Shown here: in pieces, positions 10,242 through 21,894 of the stretch | Layout: every line of letters begins with the position of its first letter | How positions within the stretch are numbered: position 1 is the stretch's first letter | IMG/VR virus record: IMGVR_UViG_3300035698_029839 | Span: 124,001 to 188,000 of that record | Direction: 5' to 3' (one strand) | DNA length: 64,000 nucleotides | Translations under genes and position numbers: made by a program | The notes under the pieces: generated by a model | What the model was told of the DNA's origin: nothing | Seen by the model: only the letters and a program-made list of their open reading frames with translations | Database searches by the model: none

Positions 10242-11425
10242 TGAATAAAGATAAATGTAAAAGAAATCCTGTTTGTATGTCAACTGCTGGAAAATGTAAT
10301 TGGTGTAATAACAAAAGAGCAGTTATTTCTGATGGGACATATGTTTATTGTTCTAAAGAATGTAAAGAAAAATTCTTAAAGAATGCCATGGAAGCAATGA
10401 GAGATCCTTATAGCCAATTAGGAGATAATGATGAGTAGACAAAGAGTAGGTATAATTATAGGTGATTTGAGCGGTGGAGATGCTATTTTCCAAGTGGTTT
10501 CTGAAGAAGATTATAAAACAGTATGTGCTTTTAATCCAACAAGAGAATATGATGATATACAACATGGGAAAAAACAAATTCTTGATGTGGACAAATATCA
10601 GGAGATGGTTGGAGCATATTTTTATGATGCAGAAAAAGATGGAAGTAATGAGAAAGTCTTAAAAGAATTCTTTACTCAAATATTTGCTCCTAAAAAAATA
10701 GATTTATCGGAATATGATATCGTTGGCATATTGACTTTACCAGATTAAAAGAATAGGAAAAAATTATGTGTTGGCATAAATATTCAAAATGGGAATTAAC
10801 TGGAGGATATGACATTTGTAATTATCCTATTCAATCCAGAATATGTAAGAAATGTGGAAAAGCAAAGGTACGTTCAATTAAAGGCACTTTTATTATTATT
10901 AGTAGAAACTCTATTTCCGTTGTAACAGAAAAAATAAAGGAGCAACAAGAATGTATAGAATAGATGAATTTTTAAAATATTATGATAGTTTAAAAGGGGT
11001 TGATACATTGATTTCTCCAGGGGTTTGGGTACATGCTAGACCTTTACCTTTTTATTATGGTATTCTTTCTAAATCTTTTTGGAGAGAAAGAAAACAAAGA
11101 AAAAAAGATGCTAAAGCTGTCCTAAAAGGAGAAGCTATAGCAGTAACTTGGAAAGCAGAAAAATGAAATTAGAATTATTAAAAATTGATAAAGAATTTCT
11201 CAAAGAAAATTGTTTTATTGTAAAGGTAGGGAGTGAAGATAGACCTGCTGATGTCATAGACATACAAAATATTCAAGAGTGCTTGAAGGATTTATTTAAA
11301 ACGATGGAACTGGATTTTGAACCTGCTGTTTTAGTGACTCATCATTGTATGGATTTTGAGAAAATTAGTAAAAAAGAGGCAAAAGAATTAGTAAATAGTT
11401 TACTTAAATAAAAATAGGAGTAAAA

Positions 11426-11881
11426 ATGGCAAAGTATCAATTGTGGTCAAGAGATGAGTACGGACAAGGAAGTATTATTACGACTTCCGAAGATGTAGAT
11501 GAAGTTATCAAAGCAGCTAAGGAAGAAGTTACAAATCTTAATGTTAATAATGCTTTAACCGCTACGGACAGAGAAAATAACTGGGAAGCTTATTTTGTAG
11601 ATGTCAAAAACTCAGCAAAAAATTCAAAAATAAAATATGCTTACTGTGGCATGGATCTTCATACTAAAGATAGAGTTTATGCTATTTCAGAGGATAGCGT
11701 AGAATCTACTGTTATGTCAGAAGTTTCTGATGTAGCTGTTGAAATTTATCTTGGTAATGTTTCTACAAGTAGAAAAGAAGAGAAGGATTGGATCGGGACG
11801 GATTTGAGAGTTAGACCAATCCACAATACAGATCATCCAGATCTGCAAGGTAAGACGATGTTTTTTGTAAAAAAGATATAA
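11426..11881 (+). CDS. hypothetical protein
   Basis: AGGAG SD, 151 aa. Confidence 0.6.
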   Translation: MAKYQLWSRDEYGQGSIITTSEDVDEVIKAAKEEVTNLNVNNALTATDRENNWEAYFVDVKNSAKNSKIKYAYCGMDLHTKDRVYAISEDSVESTVMSEVSDVAVEIYLGNVSTSRKEEKDWIGTDLRVRPIHNTDHPDLQGKTMFFVKKI

Positions 11882-11882
11882 T

Positions 11883-12302
11883 ATGGCAAAAAAATTTGAT
11901 AAAGTAAAAGATAGTGGAAAAAGACAGGAATTTGGAACAGGTAGTGTCAGAGATACGAATATAGGAAAAGGACGCTTTGATTTAATGCCTCCATATGCTC
12001 TTTTAAGATTAGCCCAGCATTATGAAAATGGGGCAGAAAAGTATGGAGACCGAAACTGGGAGAAGGGCCAACCATTAAGTAGATATGTTGATTCTGCTTT
12101 AAGGCATATGTTAAAGTTATTGATGGGTTTAGAAGATGAAGATCATCTTAGTGCCGCAGCTTGGAATATTTTAGCTGTTGTAGAAACTCAAATGAGAATA
12201 AGGTTAGGTCTTTTGCCTAAAGAGCTGGACGATCTTCCAACTGTTTATAAAGATTTTTTTGATGAATTATTTCCACCAGAAGAAAAAGAGAGTAAAAAAT
12301 GA
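11883..12302 (+). CDS. dATP/dGTP diphosphohydrolase-like (DUF5664)
   Basis: KGRFDLMP, GAEKYGDRNWEKG, SALRH, HLSAAAWN. Confidence 0.85.
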   Translation: MAKKFDKVKDSGKRQEFGTGSVRDTNIGKGRFDLMPPYALLRLAQHYENGAEKYGDRNWEKGQPLSRYVDSALRHMLKLLMGLEDEDHLSAAAWNILAVVETQMRIRLGLLPKELDDLPTVYKDFFDELFPPEEKESKK

Positions 12303-12918
12303 AAAAAACTTATTGTAATATTTGCGAAAATAAATTTGATGATAGAGATGAATATATCAATGGCAAAATGATACTTTCATATACAGAATATCTCGGAGAT
12401 GATGGTTCTTCTTCTGTGGAAGAAGATAATGATCTTTGCGAAGAGTGTCTTATTAAGATTAGAAATTATATTTATGATATAAGGAAGAAATAATAATGAT
12501 TAAAGTAGAACAAGCAGAAATAGATATATCGGAAACAACGGTTAGGGCTCTATTAGCAGCTATAGAAAAGGCAAAAGAAACTGTTGAATTTTCAGAGGGC
12601 ATGAGTCCTATGCCTGATGGAGATATGTCTATGTATCAATATGAAGTAGAAAAAAGAAAAAGAGGTTGTGTCCTAGTTTCTACTCCTTACAGTGGAATAA
12701 AATATAGGGTTGAGGTTGAGGTTATACCTCATTCTCAAGAAGGTTTGGGATATAAGTTAGAAGAGCTACAAGAACCAAAACCTTCTAGTTGCAGTGGAAT
12801 TATTTTAGAAAAGAAAAAGGAATCTGAAAAAAATAATACTGAACTTTGGCATGATAAATCCTTGTCCAGAGATATGAAAGATAAAAAACAATAATATAGT
12901 TAATGAAAGGGTAATAAA

Positions 12919-13185
12919 ATGAAAGAAGTTGAAGGTGTAGATTTAAATGATTTAGTATCTGAAGTATCTGAAAAGATTTTGGTGGAAAGAAGAAGTTCGG
13001 CAGCAGGTCTTATTAAACATTAGTTGCAAAGAATAGAGCAATTAGTTTGTGATGTTAATAGTGGAGAAAAAGAATTGAAAAAGAAAAAAGAGAAACTTGC
13101 TAAAGCACAAGAAAAAATAGATAAAATAAAAAGTGGTAATTGGCAAGTCCTTTCAGAAATAGATAATAAAAATAGAGAACAATAA
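12919..13185 (+). pseudogene. coiled-coil ORF interrupted by one in-frame TAG (13021-13023)
   Basis: Frame open on both sides of the TAG; terminal TAA overlaps next ATG. Confidence 0.6.
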
Positions 13186-14165
13186 TGATCCCTGATCCCA
13201 TAGAAAGAATGGAAGCATCTGTTGAAAGATGGGCAGGGAAAAATATTAAGGGTGATAAGTTTTTATGCGGATGTGGCAAATGGTGTGATTTGGATAAAGC
13301 AGAATCGTTGAGCGACAATCCTTATGCTATTCCTGTTTGTCGTGATTGTTGTAAAGAATATATGAAAGAATAAAAGATGAAAGTCCTATTTGTTACGAGT
13401 GATGGAGATTATGGTGCTTGGAATTTTGAAGAGTATTGTGATCTGAAAAAAATTAGCCACATAGAGATATGGGAAAAAGTAAATAATTCTTCCCAGGAAA
13501 TATGGACTTATGAAAATGAAAAAGAAGGTCTTAACTTTGAGGTGTCCTCTTTTGAATTCGGAGATATTGATACTGATTTTGTTAATTTTATCAATGATAA
13601 AATTGTAGATTATGATGGTGGTAAACATACAAATTTCTATGTAATAGAAGAAGAATAAAAATGAAAGTATGGGTTACAAGAGATAAGACAGATAGTGTGA
13701 GGGGTATTGTAAAGGTATGGGCAAGAGAACCTGAGAAAAAAGATAATAGTTTTTTTGATCCTATTTTTACTGCGATTCGAGGATGGATAATTATGTCAGC
13801 GAGAGATTTTAAAGATTCTTTTGGTTTTACTCCCCGCAAAGGAAGTTGTAAACAATATGAATTAAAGATTGAGAAAGGATAAAAAATGAAAGAAACCAAA
13901 AAATCATTAATACCATATTATAAAAAAATAAGCTTAAGAGGTAGAGAAACAGTAAGAAATTATGTTTTTCCAGGTGGAGAAATGGTTACGATTTCTCATC
14001 CTGATTTTTTAATAATATCTGATAACGGGCATAGATTATATGATATGGAGGGGGTGTCTCATTATATTCCTTATGGATGGATACATTTGTATTGGGAAAA
14101 TAAAGGTGATAGATCATTTTTTTGTGAAGCGCCCATTAAAGAACAAGAAGATATGTTAGGAGAGA

Positions 14166-15281
14166 ATGATAGTGAAAGTTGAAACCCCACTCTCTCTAAA
14201 ATATCGTCCTAAAAAATTATCTGAAGTTATTGGACAACCAGTAGTAGTTAAGGCATTCAGGAATGCTTTTAAGATGAATAATCTTCATCATGCTTATATT
14301 CTAGCAGGTCAATTTGGTTGCGGGAAGACTAGTGTTGCTAGAATTGTAGCAGCTACAGAAAATTGTTTGGAGAATAAGAAAGATCCATGTGGCAAATGTA
14401 GTAATTGTAAAGAAATTTTGCTTGGTAAATCATATGAAGTTTTAGAAATAGATGCTGGCAGCGAAGGAAAAGTAGACAATATTAGGAGTCTACATAGGTC
14501 ATTACAGATATGTCCCGTTGAGTGTAAAACAAAATATGTTATTATTGATGAAGCTCATTCTCTAACAGGTTCTGCGGCAGAGGCCTCTCTTAAAATGATA
14601 GAAGAACCTCCTCCAATGGTTAGATTTATTCTTTGCACAACAGAGCCTCAAGCTTTTAAGGAGACTATTCTTAGCCGTTGTATTATGTGGTCTTTCAATA
14701 AGGTTTCTAGATCTGATATATTTCAGCATTTACAGAATATTTCTGAAAAAGAGCAATTAAATTGTGATGATAAAACACTTCAAATAATTTCAAGATATTC
14801 AAAAGGGTCAGTAAGAAATTCCTTACAACATTTACATAAGATTATGAATTATGTAGGAGAGGAACCTATAACATATGAATCTGCTGTTGAAGCACTCGGA
14901 GTTATAGATGATGTATTATATTTTGATCTTTTTGATGGTATTATAGCAAAAGATGCTATAAAATGTTTTATTACTATTAATAAAATATTTAGCGATGGCA
15001 AAGAAGCTAAGATAGTTATAGATGGAGTTTATGAACATCTAAATAATTTGCTTATTTCAAGAACTTGCAGAAAAGAACTTGATTCTTTTGATTTTACACA
15101 AGAAGAGGTTAAGAGATATTTACATCAAAATTCTACTATTGCCAAAAATGGTGGGGATGATATATTGCGAATGATGAATCTTTTAAGTTCAGTTTCGTTT
15201 GGAGTAGAGTATAGTTTGAATCCTGCTCAATTGCTTAACAAATTTGCTGTAGAATCGATTCGAATGTTTGCAAAAAGATAA
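14166..15281 (+). CDS. dnaX: DNA polymerase III clamp-loader gamma/tau subunit
   Basis: KYRP, GxxGCGKTS, PCGKCSNC, IIDEAH, SRC motifs. Confidence 0.93.
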   Translation: MIVKVETPLSLKYRPKKLSEVIGQPVVVKAFRNAFKMNNLHHAYILAGQFGCGKTSVARIVAATENCLENKKDPCGKCSNCKEILLGKSYEVLEIDAGSEGKVDNIRSLHRSLQICPVECKTKYVIIDEAHSLTGSAAEASLKMIEEPPPMVRFILCTTEPQAFKETILSRCIMWSFNKVSRSDIFQHLQNISEKEQLNCDDKTLQIISRYSKGSVRNSLQHLHKIMNYVGEEPITYESAVEALGVIDDVLYFDLFDGIIAKDAIKCFITINKIFSDGKEAKIVIDGVYEHLNNLLISRTCRKELDSFDFTQEEVKRYLHQNSTIAKNGGDDILRMMNLLSSVSFGVEYSLNPAQLLNKFAVESIRMFAKR

Positions 15282-15360
15282 TAAAATCGGGCCTCAAGAC
15301 AATTTCAATCATATGTCGATATAAATACATAATTTATAAATATGATTGAAAGGAGTCCAT

Positions 15361-16077
15361 ATGGGTAAACATAGACCCGTTAGACGGATCTCTGGCCCAC
15401 TTGAAAAATTAGAATATGAAGATTTAGTTGAAGTTGTGAGGGGGAAAGCAAGAGATAATAAGAAGAATAATGCTTATAATGAAATTGAGAAAAGAATTAA
15501 AATTAAAGTCTTTTATATTACGAGACAATTTTATATTCCAGGTTTTAATTATGATGATGTGTTACAAGAAGCTTTATACGCTTTAAGATTTAAAGCTATC
15601 CCTGATTATGATGGTAGTAAAGGACAAGGAGATCAACCTTATCCTTTTGATAAATTTGCCATGCTTTGTATAAGGAGGCATTTATCAACGATATTAAAAA
15701 GTAGTTTTCGCAATAAAGAAAAAGCTTTAAATACTAGTTTTTCTTTGGATCAAGATAGAAGTTCTCATGATGATGAAAATTTATATTTATCAGATATTCT
15801 TTCTACTACTAACGAATCGTTGTTGGATAAAGTTAGTCAACAAGAATATTATAAAGAATTAATGGAGAAATTATACGGAAGACTCTCCAAGTTAGAAAAA
15901 AATGTTTTTGTTCTATATATCTGTAAATATTCTTACGATGAGATAACTGATAAGATTAACAAGTTTTATAAGTCCAGAGGAAAAAAAAGGAAGGTTAATG
16001 TAAAAAGCGTTGATAACGCATTGAGTCGTGTGAAAGTGAAGGCTAAAGAAATTTTTGACAAATATGAAAGTGAATAA
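15361..16077 (+). CDS. SigH-like sigma70-family factor
   Basis: DDVLQEA, FAMLCIRR, KALN, LSKLEK, SY.EI, KSVDNALSRVK; ATG 15361 after AAGGAG. Confidence 0.85.
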   Translation: MGKHRPVRRISGPLEKLEYEDLVEVVRGKARDNKKNNAYNEIEKRIKIKVFYITRQFYIPGFNYDDVLQEALYALRFKAIPDYDGSKGQGDQPYPFDKFAMLCIRRHLSTILKSSFRNKEKALNTSFSLDQDRSSHDDENLYLSDILSTTNESLLDKVSQQEYYKELMEKLYGRLSKLEKNVFVLYICKYSYDEITDKINKFYKSRGKKRKVNVKSVDNALSRVKVKAKEIFDKYESE

Positions 16078-16285
16078 CAATGATATTATTTGAATCACAT
16101 GAAATTGGTTGCGGTTGTTCATACTGTCGAGGAAAGCATAAATTGCATTATGGATTAAACATCCCTCCTCAATGGTGGGGCTGGAACTCGTGGTATGTTA
16201 TTAAATTATGGTCTCGTATTTATTTCCGATGGACAAATAGGTGGTTTCCAAGGCTGAAAAAAATAAATATGAAATAGAATAATAA

Positions 16286-16313
16286 TTGAAAAGTGAATGT
16301 AAATAGATATAAT
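16286..16313 (+). promoter_or_regulatory. sigma70-type promoter with AGTGAA box
   Basis: TTGAAA-16nt-TATAAT. Confidence 0.7.
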
Positions 16314-16360
16314 GAAGTAGTAAATTAGCTAATTAGCAAATATTTCTTAAGGAGTAAAAC

Positions 16361-17674
16361 ATGATTTTTGAGGTTAATCGAGAAGAATTCACAAGAGCTA
16401 TTAGACCTGCTGTAGAAGTAGCAAGTAAGAATACTCTAAAAGATTTTAAGTACGAGAATTTATTAACAATCAAAGCAGAACAAGATAGGGTTATTTTGTT
16501 TGCTTATGGTGGAACGGTAAGTCTTGTTGCTCCTATATCGGGAAGCAATTTTGGGGGATTGGATTATAGTTGTGAAGAAGAGGGTAAAACTACTGTTTAT
16601 GCTGATGATCTATTGACGTTTATGCTATCTCTTCCTAAAAGTTATGATAAGGTAAAGATATCGTTAGATTCTAATCAGCTTAAAATAGCATCAGCTTCGA
16701 AAAAAGATAAAAGTAAGAAGGCTAGTTCTGAACGATCTATGCCTACACTATCTGATTTTGTTCGTCCACCAAATATCGGAACAACATACGATCAAGACAT
16801 TGAGTTAGATAGAGAAATTTTTGTTAATGGTATTGATAGTGTTATTTTCGCTCCTGCATATGAGGAAAAATCGTTTTCTTATATGTGTATGTTGTTTGAG
16901 GTTAAGATGGGATTAGATCAAGAAATTAGATTTTCAGCAGGTACGGGTGGAAGATTTGCTATCAAATCTGTTAAGGGCAAGAATATAGTTCTTAATCAAA
17001 ATGAAGCAAAGATGATTTTTCCAAAAAATAGTCTTCCCTCTATATCTAAAATTTTAGCGAGCACAGACAAGCCTTCAATAAGCATTAAATCTGTAGGAGT
17101 AGATCAAGAAAAGAATATTCCTGAGCAAATTATGATTGAGTTTAATGAAATGGTAATGTGTATTTTTGGATTAGAACATTTTACCAAGTATCCTGATCTT
17201 GATAAGTTTTTAGCACATAAATATTCCAATAGGATTTATAGTAGTCTAGAAGATTGGAGGTCCATCGAAAAGACTATTGAAGGAACAAGACATAGATGGG
17301 ATGACAGTATTCATAATACAGAAGTTATTATCGAAGAAGAAGATGAGATTTTTAAGGTAACTCCTAAGACTCCCCATGCTAGTCCTACTTTTATCGATAT
17401 GGTAGATGTTAAGGATTGTATTATAAAGGGAGAAAAAATATGGTTTCGTTGTAATTCTGATTATCTTAGAGAATTAGTAGTACAAGGAAGCGGTAAAGGA
17501 CGTATTCAGTTTAACTTTGAAAGTCAGTCATTAATAGAAGATGTAAAAGATGAGAAACAAGCACAGAAGTTAATGAAACCAGTACTTGTTAAATTTGAAG
17601 AGAATGTTGATGATGCTAAGAACACTGTTGATAATTTTTATATATTCTTTTCAGTGTCTACTAGTAAATCATGA
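16361..17674 (+). CDS. dnaN: divergent DNA polymerase III beta sliding clamp
   Basis: MIFEVNREEF start, three-domain length, GTGGRFA (TDGHRL-like), KYPD, NSDYLRE; context with dnaX. Confidence 0.65.
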   Translation: MIFEVNREEFTRAIRPAVEVASKNTLKDFKYENLLTIKAEQDRVILFAYGGTVSLVAPISGSNFGGLDYSCEEEGKTTVYADDLLTFMLSLPKSYDKVKISLDSNQLKIASASKKDKSKKASSERSMPTLSDFVRPPNIGTTYDQDIELDREIFVNGIDSVIFAPAYEEKSFSYMCMLFEVKMGLDQEIRFSAGTGGRFAIKSVKGKNIVLNQNEAKMIFPKNSLPSISKILASTDKPSISIKSVGVDQEKNIPEQIMIEFNEMVMCIFGLEHFTKYPDLDKFLAHKYSNRIYSSLEDWRSIEKTIEGTRHRWDDSIHNTEVIIEEEDEIFKVTPKTPHASPTFIDMVDVKDCIIKGEKIWFRCNSDYLRELVVQGSGKGRIQFNFESQSLIEDVKDEKQAQKLMKPVLVKFEENVDDAKNTVDNFYIFFSVSTSKS

Positions 17675-18843
17675 ATCAAATAATAGTTATAGATGGTAAT
17701 ATATCTGAACGCAAAAGAATCCTTAAAAAGATTAAGGATTCTTTTGCTAACGATTATGATGTTATTATTTTTGACAAAAAAGATCAGTATGACCATGTTG
17801 CTCAGGCACTTACTGAAGTTTCATGTTTTTCTGGATATAAGTTATTTATCATGCAAGAACTTCCTACTATTGAAGCTCCTACTGCGTCTCAGGCAAGGAC
17901 TAAAGTTTTAAATCATCTTAAGAAACTTTTCCCTTTTATTCCCGCTGGTAATGTTTTACTGATGGACAATATCGGTATTTCTGGAGAGTCATTTTTAAAA
18001 GAAGTTAAAAAATATGGGGAAGTTCACAAATTCGACCAAAAGATTAAAAAATCTGATGGAAATAGAATAATTAATAACTATTTTAAAAGTAAAAAAATTG
18101 TAATTAGTCAGGAAATTTCTCAATTATTAGTAGATTCGTTAAATTTGCATGGTGATGATATAGATGTTGATAAATTACATTTATTGTTAAAGAAATTTCA
18201 TCATTATATTCATGGAAAAAGCAAAATAGTCAAAGAAGACGTGTACTCTATTTGTTCTTCTCATGATTTTATTATTTGGTCTCTTTATAATGAACTAGAT
18301 AGTATAAGTTCATCAAAGGAGAAAAATATTGGATCGATTGTTAGTTCAGTTTATGATTATTTGGACAATGTTAAATATTTTGAACATGAAGTTGTTATGA
18401 TTATCAGAGGAATGATTTGGAGATATGGGCTTTTGTTATTAACTAAGAATGGGGTAAATAATAAGATGTCCCAGCAAGAAATTAAAAAGAATATATCGAA
18501 TATAAGTAAACTTGAAAGTCATGGTAGATCTTATAAGATACAAATGAATCCTAAAATATTAAAAGATTCATTAGTGCCAGAATATTCGAGTAAAATGATT
18601 AATTCTGTTATGAATGATTATTATGGCAAGCCTTCATTAGCTTGTTATGCTTATGATCAGTTATTGTTGATTTATTATACTTTAATAAAAACTCTTCTAA
18701 AGATAAGGTCTGGGTGTACGGATTCAGAGAAGAAAATAGCAATGTTGATTATTATTTCTGTTATTTGTGGGGTGATAACTAAGAAAAATACGATAGATGG
18801 AGTATTAGAGCATAGTAAGTTAATGTACGGGATTAATGGATAA
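17671..18843 (+). CDS. holA: DNA polymerase III delta subunit-like
   Basis: A LTEVSCF (clamp-binding helix-like), KL..Y, I..EDV, IWSL pattern; adjacent to dnaN. Confidence 0.55.
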   Translation: MNQIIVIDGNISERKRILKKIKDSFANDYDVIIFDKKDQYDHVAQALTEVSCFSGYKLFIMQELPTIEAPTASQARTKVLNHLKKLFPFIPAGNVLLMDNIGISGESFLKEVKKYGEVHKFDQKIKKSDGNRIINNYFKSKKIVISQEISQLLVDSLNLHGDDIDVDKLHLLLKKFHHYIHGKSKIVKEDVYSICSSHDFIIWSLYNELDSISSSKEKNIGSIVSSVYDYLDNVKYFEHEVVMIIRGMIWRYGLLLLTKNGVNNKMSQQEIKKNISNISKLESHGRSYKIQMNPKILKDSLVPEYSSKMINSVMNDYYGKPSLACYAYDQLLLIYYTLIKTLLKIRSGCTDSEKKIAMLIIISVICGVITKKNTIDGVLEHSKLMYGING

Positions 18844-19118
18844 TGGAAGAGATTTATAAAAATATTTTATTATTAGTTCATTCTTTAACTCAATTGTCTG
18901 GCATAACTTACAAGTATAATGAAGATCCTACAGAAGAGAATGGTGAGAAAATAGTTGAAATAGCAGACAAATGTGAAAATAAGTTCTTGAAAGTGAAAGA
19001 AGAAATTGTTAGAATGATTCAAGAAGTAGAAAAAGGTAAAGAGACAGAAGATACAGAAATAAAAGAGATAAAAATTATTGAAAAAGAACAAGGTTTTTTA
19101 ATTAAGGAATAATATATC

Positions 19119-19313
19119 ATGGCAGGATTAAAAACAGTTACAGTATTAATTAATGATGATGGGACAATGGAATTTGATCAGATCGGTTGGGAAGGTAAGA
19201 AATGTGAAGGCGAACTTGATGAGTTAATTGCCGCTATGGGAGAAGAGAAAAAGGTAACTAGAAAACCCGAATATTACAAAGATCAAAAAGTTCAAGTAAA
19301 ACAAAGATTTTAA
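19119..19313 (+). CDS. DUF2997-like protein
   Basis: I.DDG.....G.EG..C....AMG.......PEYY. Confidence 0.7.
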   Translation: MAGLKTVTVLINDDGTMEFDQIGWEGKKCEGELDELIAAMGEEKKVTRKPEYYKDQKVQVKQRF

Positions 19314-19326
19314 TAAGGAGAATGTT

Positions 19327-19695
19327 ATGGGATTTAAAAAAGTCCTAACATCGGATGGTCGTCCTATAATTATAGGATCTACTAAAGAAGAATATCTTAA
19401 ATTTCTTCCTGGTTTTTCTTACAGGATAGGTGGTTTGATCTATACTGTTAAAGAAGATGTTACACAAGAAGCTAATTCCCCTACAAGGGAAGTGATTGTT
19501 AGTGATGGTTCCGTGGAAATTATGCTTGTAACAAGTATAAAAAGAGATTTAAAAGAGTCCGATTGTCAAATTCTGCCCTTAGATATGAAATATGCTAAGA
19601 CAGTAGAAAAAAAAGAGACCAAAAAGACAACAGCTAAAAAGAAAATTGTCAAAAAAAAAGTTGTTAAAAAAAAGAAAAAAAATGCAAACAAATGA
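19327..19695 (+). CDS. hypothetical protein with Lys-rich tail
   Basis: AAGGAG SD; KKK-rich C-terminus. Confidence 0.55.
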   Translation: MGFKKVLTSDGRPIIIGSTKEEYLKFLPGFSYRIGGLIYTVKEDVTQEANSPTREVIVSDGSVEIMLVTSIKRDLKESDCQILPLDMKYAKTVEKKETKKTTAKKKIVKKKVVKKKKKNANK

Positions 19696-20158
19696 TATTA
19701 AATTAGAGATTCTTCCAAGTGGACATATAAAATTCAGACGTGGAAATAAGGCATATAATGAAAAGATGAGGGAGATTATATCATTTGTTGTTGATGGTGA
19801 TGAAAAAGTGTTAAAAGAAATAGATGATTTTCTAAGTGGATCAGAAGATACTGAGTTGTTAATAGGGGACACAATATTTTGCGGTTGATGAAAGTATTTG
19901 ATTGTACTGACATGCCTGACGAAGTAAATGAAGCATTTTTTGAAGAGACTGATAATGCTGACGGTATCGGTAATGACATTTATGTATCTTGGGACCTATC
20001 GGGTTTTTGGCGTGATATAGATGGATATACAGAAAACGAAAAAATGGTTGATAGTTGGCTTATTGAAAAGGGGGCAGTCATAGAAGATCAGGAAGTTATT
20101 ATCAAACGTTGGTGGTAATATTTGATTGGTTTCATTGTCATTTATGAAACTCCTTAAG

Positions 20159-20192
20159 AATAGCTATGTGATACTCCTCATATAGCTATTTT
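20159..20192 (+). terminator. hairpin, probable terminator
   Basis: AATAGCTATGTGA/TCATATAGCTATT inverted repeat. Confidence 0.55.
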
Positions 20193-20253
20193 CATTAAAT
20201 AGTCCTCTTAAGTCGATATATATAAAGATTATATATTGATTTAGGAGAATAAA

Positions 20254-20886
20254 ATGGCAAATAAGTTTGATATTATTATAGGTTTAGATCCAGGAGTAGT
20301 TGGTGGGATATCTATTATTTATAAAAATGGAGTAATTGATATAAATAGGATACCAGTCCAGAGCATAGTTGTTAATAAAAAGAATAAGAAAGTTTATGAT
20401 CTTGTAAAAATCGTTGATATGTTAAAACCGTTTAGTGATAAAAAAGTTCTATTTGTTCAGGAGAAAGTGTCATCACATCCTGGAGAAGGAAGCGTATCAG
20501 CTTTTAATTTCGGTAAATCATCTGGTTCTACTGTCGGAATAGCTCATGCTTTGGGTTTTGAAGTAGTAGAAATCAGTTCAATGAGATGGAAAAATCACTT
20601 TCCACAGTTGGTAACTAACGAAATTGTTGATAAAAAAGAAGTGATTAAGAAATTAAGGGCCTTATCCAAAACATTAAAGGATTCGCAAGCTAAAAAATCG
20701 AATAAAAAAGAGATAGATAAATTTAATAGGCAGATTAAGACGCTTGCTAAAGCAGAAGCTAGAAATTTAGCTTCTACTATGTACCCGCAATCAGCAGATG
20801 AATTCAAACAAAAGAATAGTGACGGAATAGCAGAAAGCCTATTAATAGCCTTATATGGTAGGGATAAACAAAATGAACTGGTTTAA
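20254..20886 (+). CDS. ruvC: RuvC-like Holliday junction resolvase
   Basis: IGLDPG, QEKV, SAFNFG, W, DGIAESLLIA. Confidence 0.8.
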   Translation: MANKFDIIIGLDPGVVGGISIIYKNGVIDINRIPVQSIVVNKKNKKVYDLVKIVDMLKPFSDKKVLFVQEKVSSHPGEGSVSAFNFGKSSGSTVGIAHALGFEVVEISSMRWKNHFPQLVTNEIVDKKEVIKKLRALSKTLKDSQAKKSNKKEIDKFNRQIKTLAKAEARNLASTMYPQSADEFKQKNSDGIAESLLIALYGRDKQNELV

Positions 20887-21235
20887 ATTTGCAAAAAACT
20901 TTGGTGACAGAAACACGATTAATTCTAAAATAAGATATTTGCAAGAATTGAGAGAAGCTATAGAGTCTAATTCTAAAATAGTTTTTCAAAGCGGTAAGAC
21001 TGTTAAGGAGTCAAATTATGGTATTATAACTTCTTCTAATATTACGTCTTACCCCTCATTACATGAGGTTCTAATTAGGGCTGATTCTTTAGCTTTAGAT
21101 AGCCCTTGGAGATTCGGTGAGTTATGTAATGAAGCTCTTAAGATAGTCGATAGATTAACTTTTGGCTTAAAAAAAGAAAGAGAAGATTTTACTTATGATG
21201 GTAAGAAAAAGAAACCTAAGAAGGGATGGATATAA
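20873..21235 (+). CDS. hypothetical protein beginning MNWFKFAK
   Basis: Likely ATG 20873; shares W[YF]K N-terminal motif with 25504 and 24286. Confidence 0.5.
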   Translation: MNWFKFAKNFGDRNTINSKIRYLQELREAIESNSKIVFQSGKTVKESNYGIITSSNITSYPSLHEVLIRADSLALDSPWRFGELCNEALKIVDRLTFGLKKEREDFTYDGKKKKPKKGWI

Positions 21236-21894
21236 TGTCCAAGAAAATTGATGTACAGAAAAACTCTATTGTAGTTACTAATGTCCAAAATACAAATATA
21301 GTACCTTATCTGTTTAGTTTAGATAGGATAGAAAAAACAAATTGTAATTTGTGCCAATGCAATCATAGAGATTTTGCAGAAGAGATTTATGAGAATCAGA
21401 AAAGAAAAAACTATTCTGAGATTAAAAGAAAATTGAAAGAAGAACATGATTATGATGCAACCGTAGGTGGGATTAAAAATCATATGATATATCATTATCA
21501 GGCAGCTAAAAGAAATGCTTCCTTACAAGAATATGCTGATGATGTTCAAAAATGGGTGAATATGCAAACTAATAAAGTTGCGGCATTAAAAACCAGAATA
21601 GCGGTACTAGAAAGAGAAATGTTTACTATTGCACAAGAAGGCGAAGAGCTTGAAATATCTGAAAGAAGAAAAAATGCGGAAACAGTTAAAAAATTAGCAG
21701 AAACTATTTTAACTTATGAAGATAAATTAGCAGAGTACCAAGAAGAAGTAAAACCTGTTAGTTTGGTTTTTAATCAATTAAAAGTTATTGTTAATGATGA
21801 ATTATCTCATATTGATAATATTAAGACTAAAAAAGTTGTAAGTACTATTCTTAGTAGATTACATCAAAGTGTTGGTAGTATGATAATAGAATAA
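21226..21894 (+). CDS. hypothetical protein (CxxC plus helical/coiled coil)
   Basis: CNLCQC..H, long helical C-terminus. Confidence 0.55.
   Translation: MDIMSKKIDVQKNSIVVTNVQNTNIVPYLFSLDRIEKTNCNLCQCNHRDFAEEIYENQKRKNYSEIKRKLKEEHDYDATVGGIKNHMIYHYQAAKRNASLQEYADDVQKWVNMQTNKVAALKTRIAVLEREMFTIAQEGEELEISERRKNAETVKKLAETILTYEDKLAEYQEEVKPVSLVFNQLKVIVNDELSHIDNIKTKKVVSTILSRLHQSVGSMIIE

Noticed and set aside
11883-12302. 2-aminoadenine (Z) genome pathway
   Set aside because: A DUF5664 enzyme alone is insufficient; no PurZ is visible in the window.
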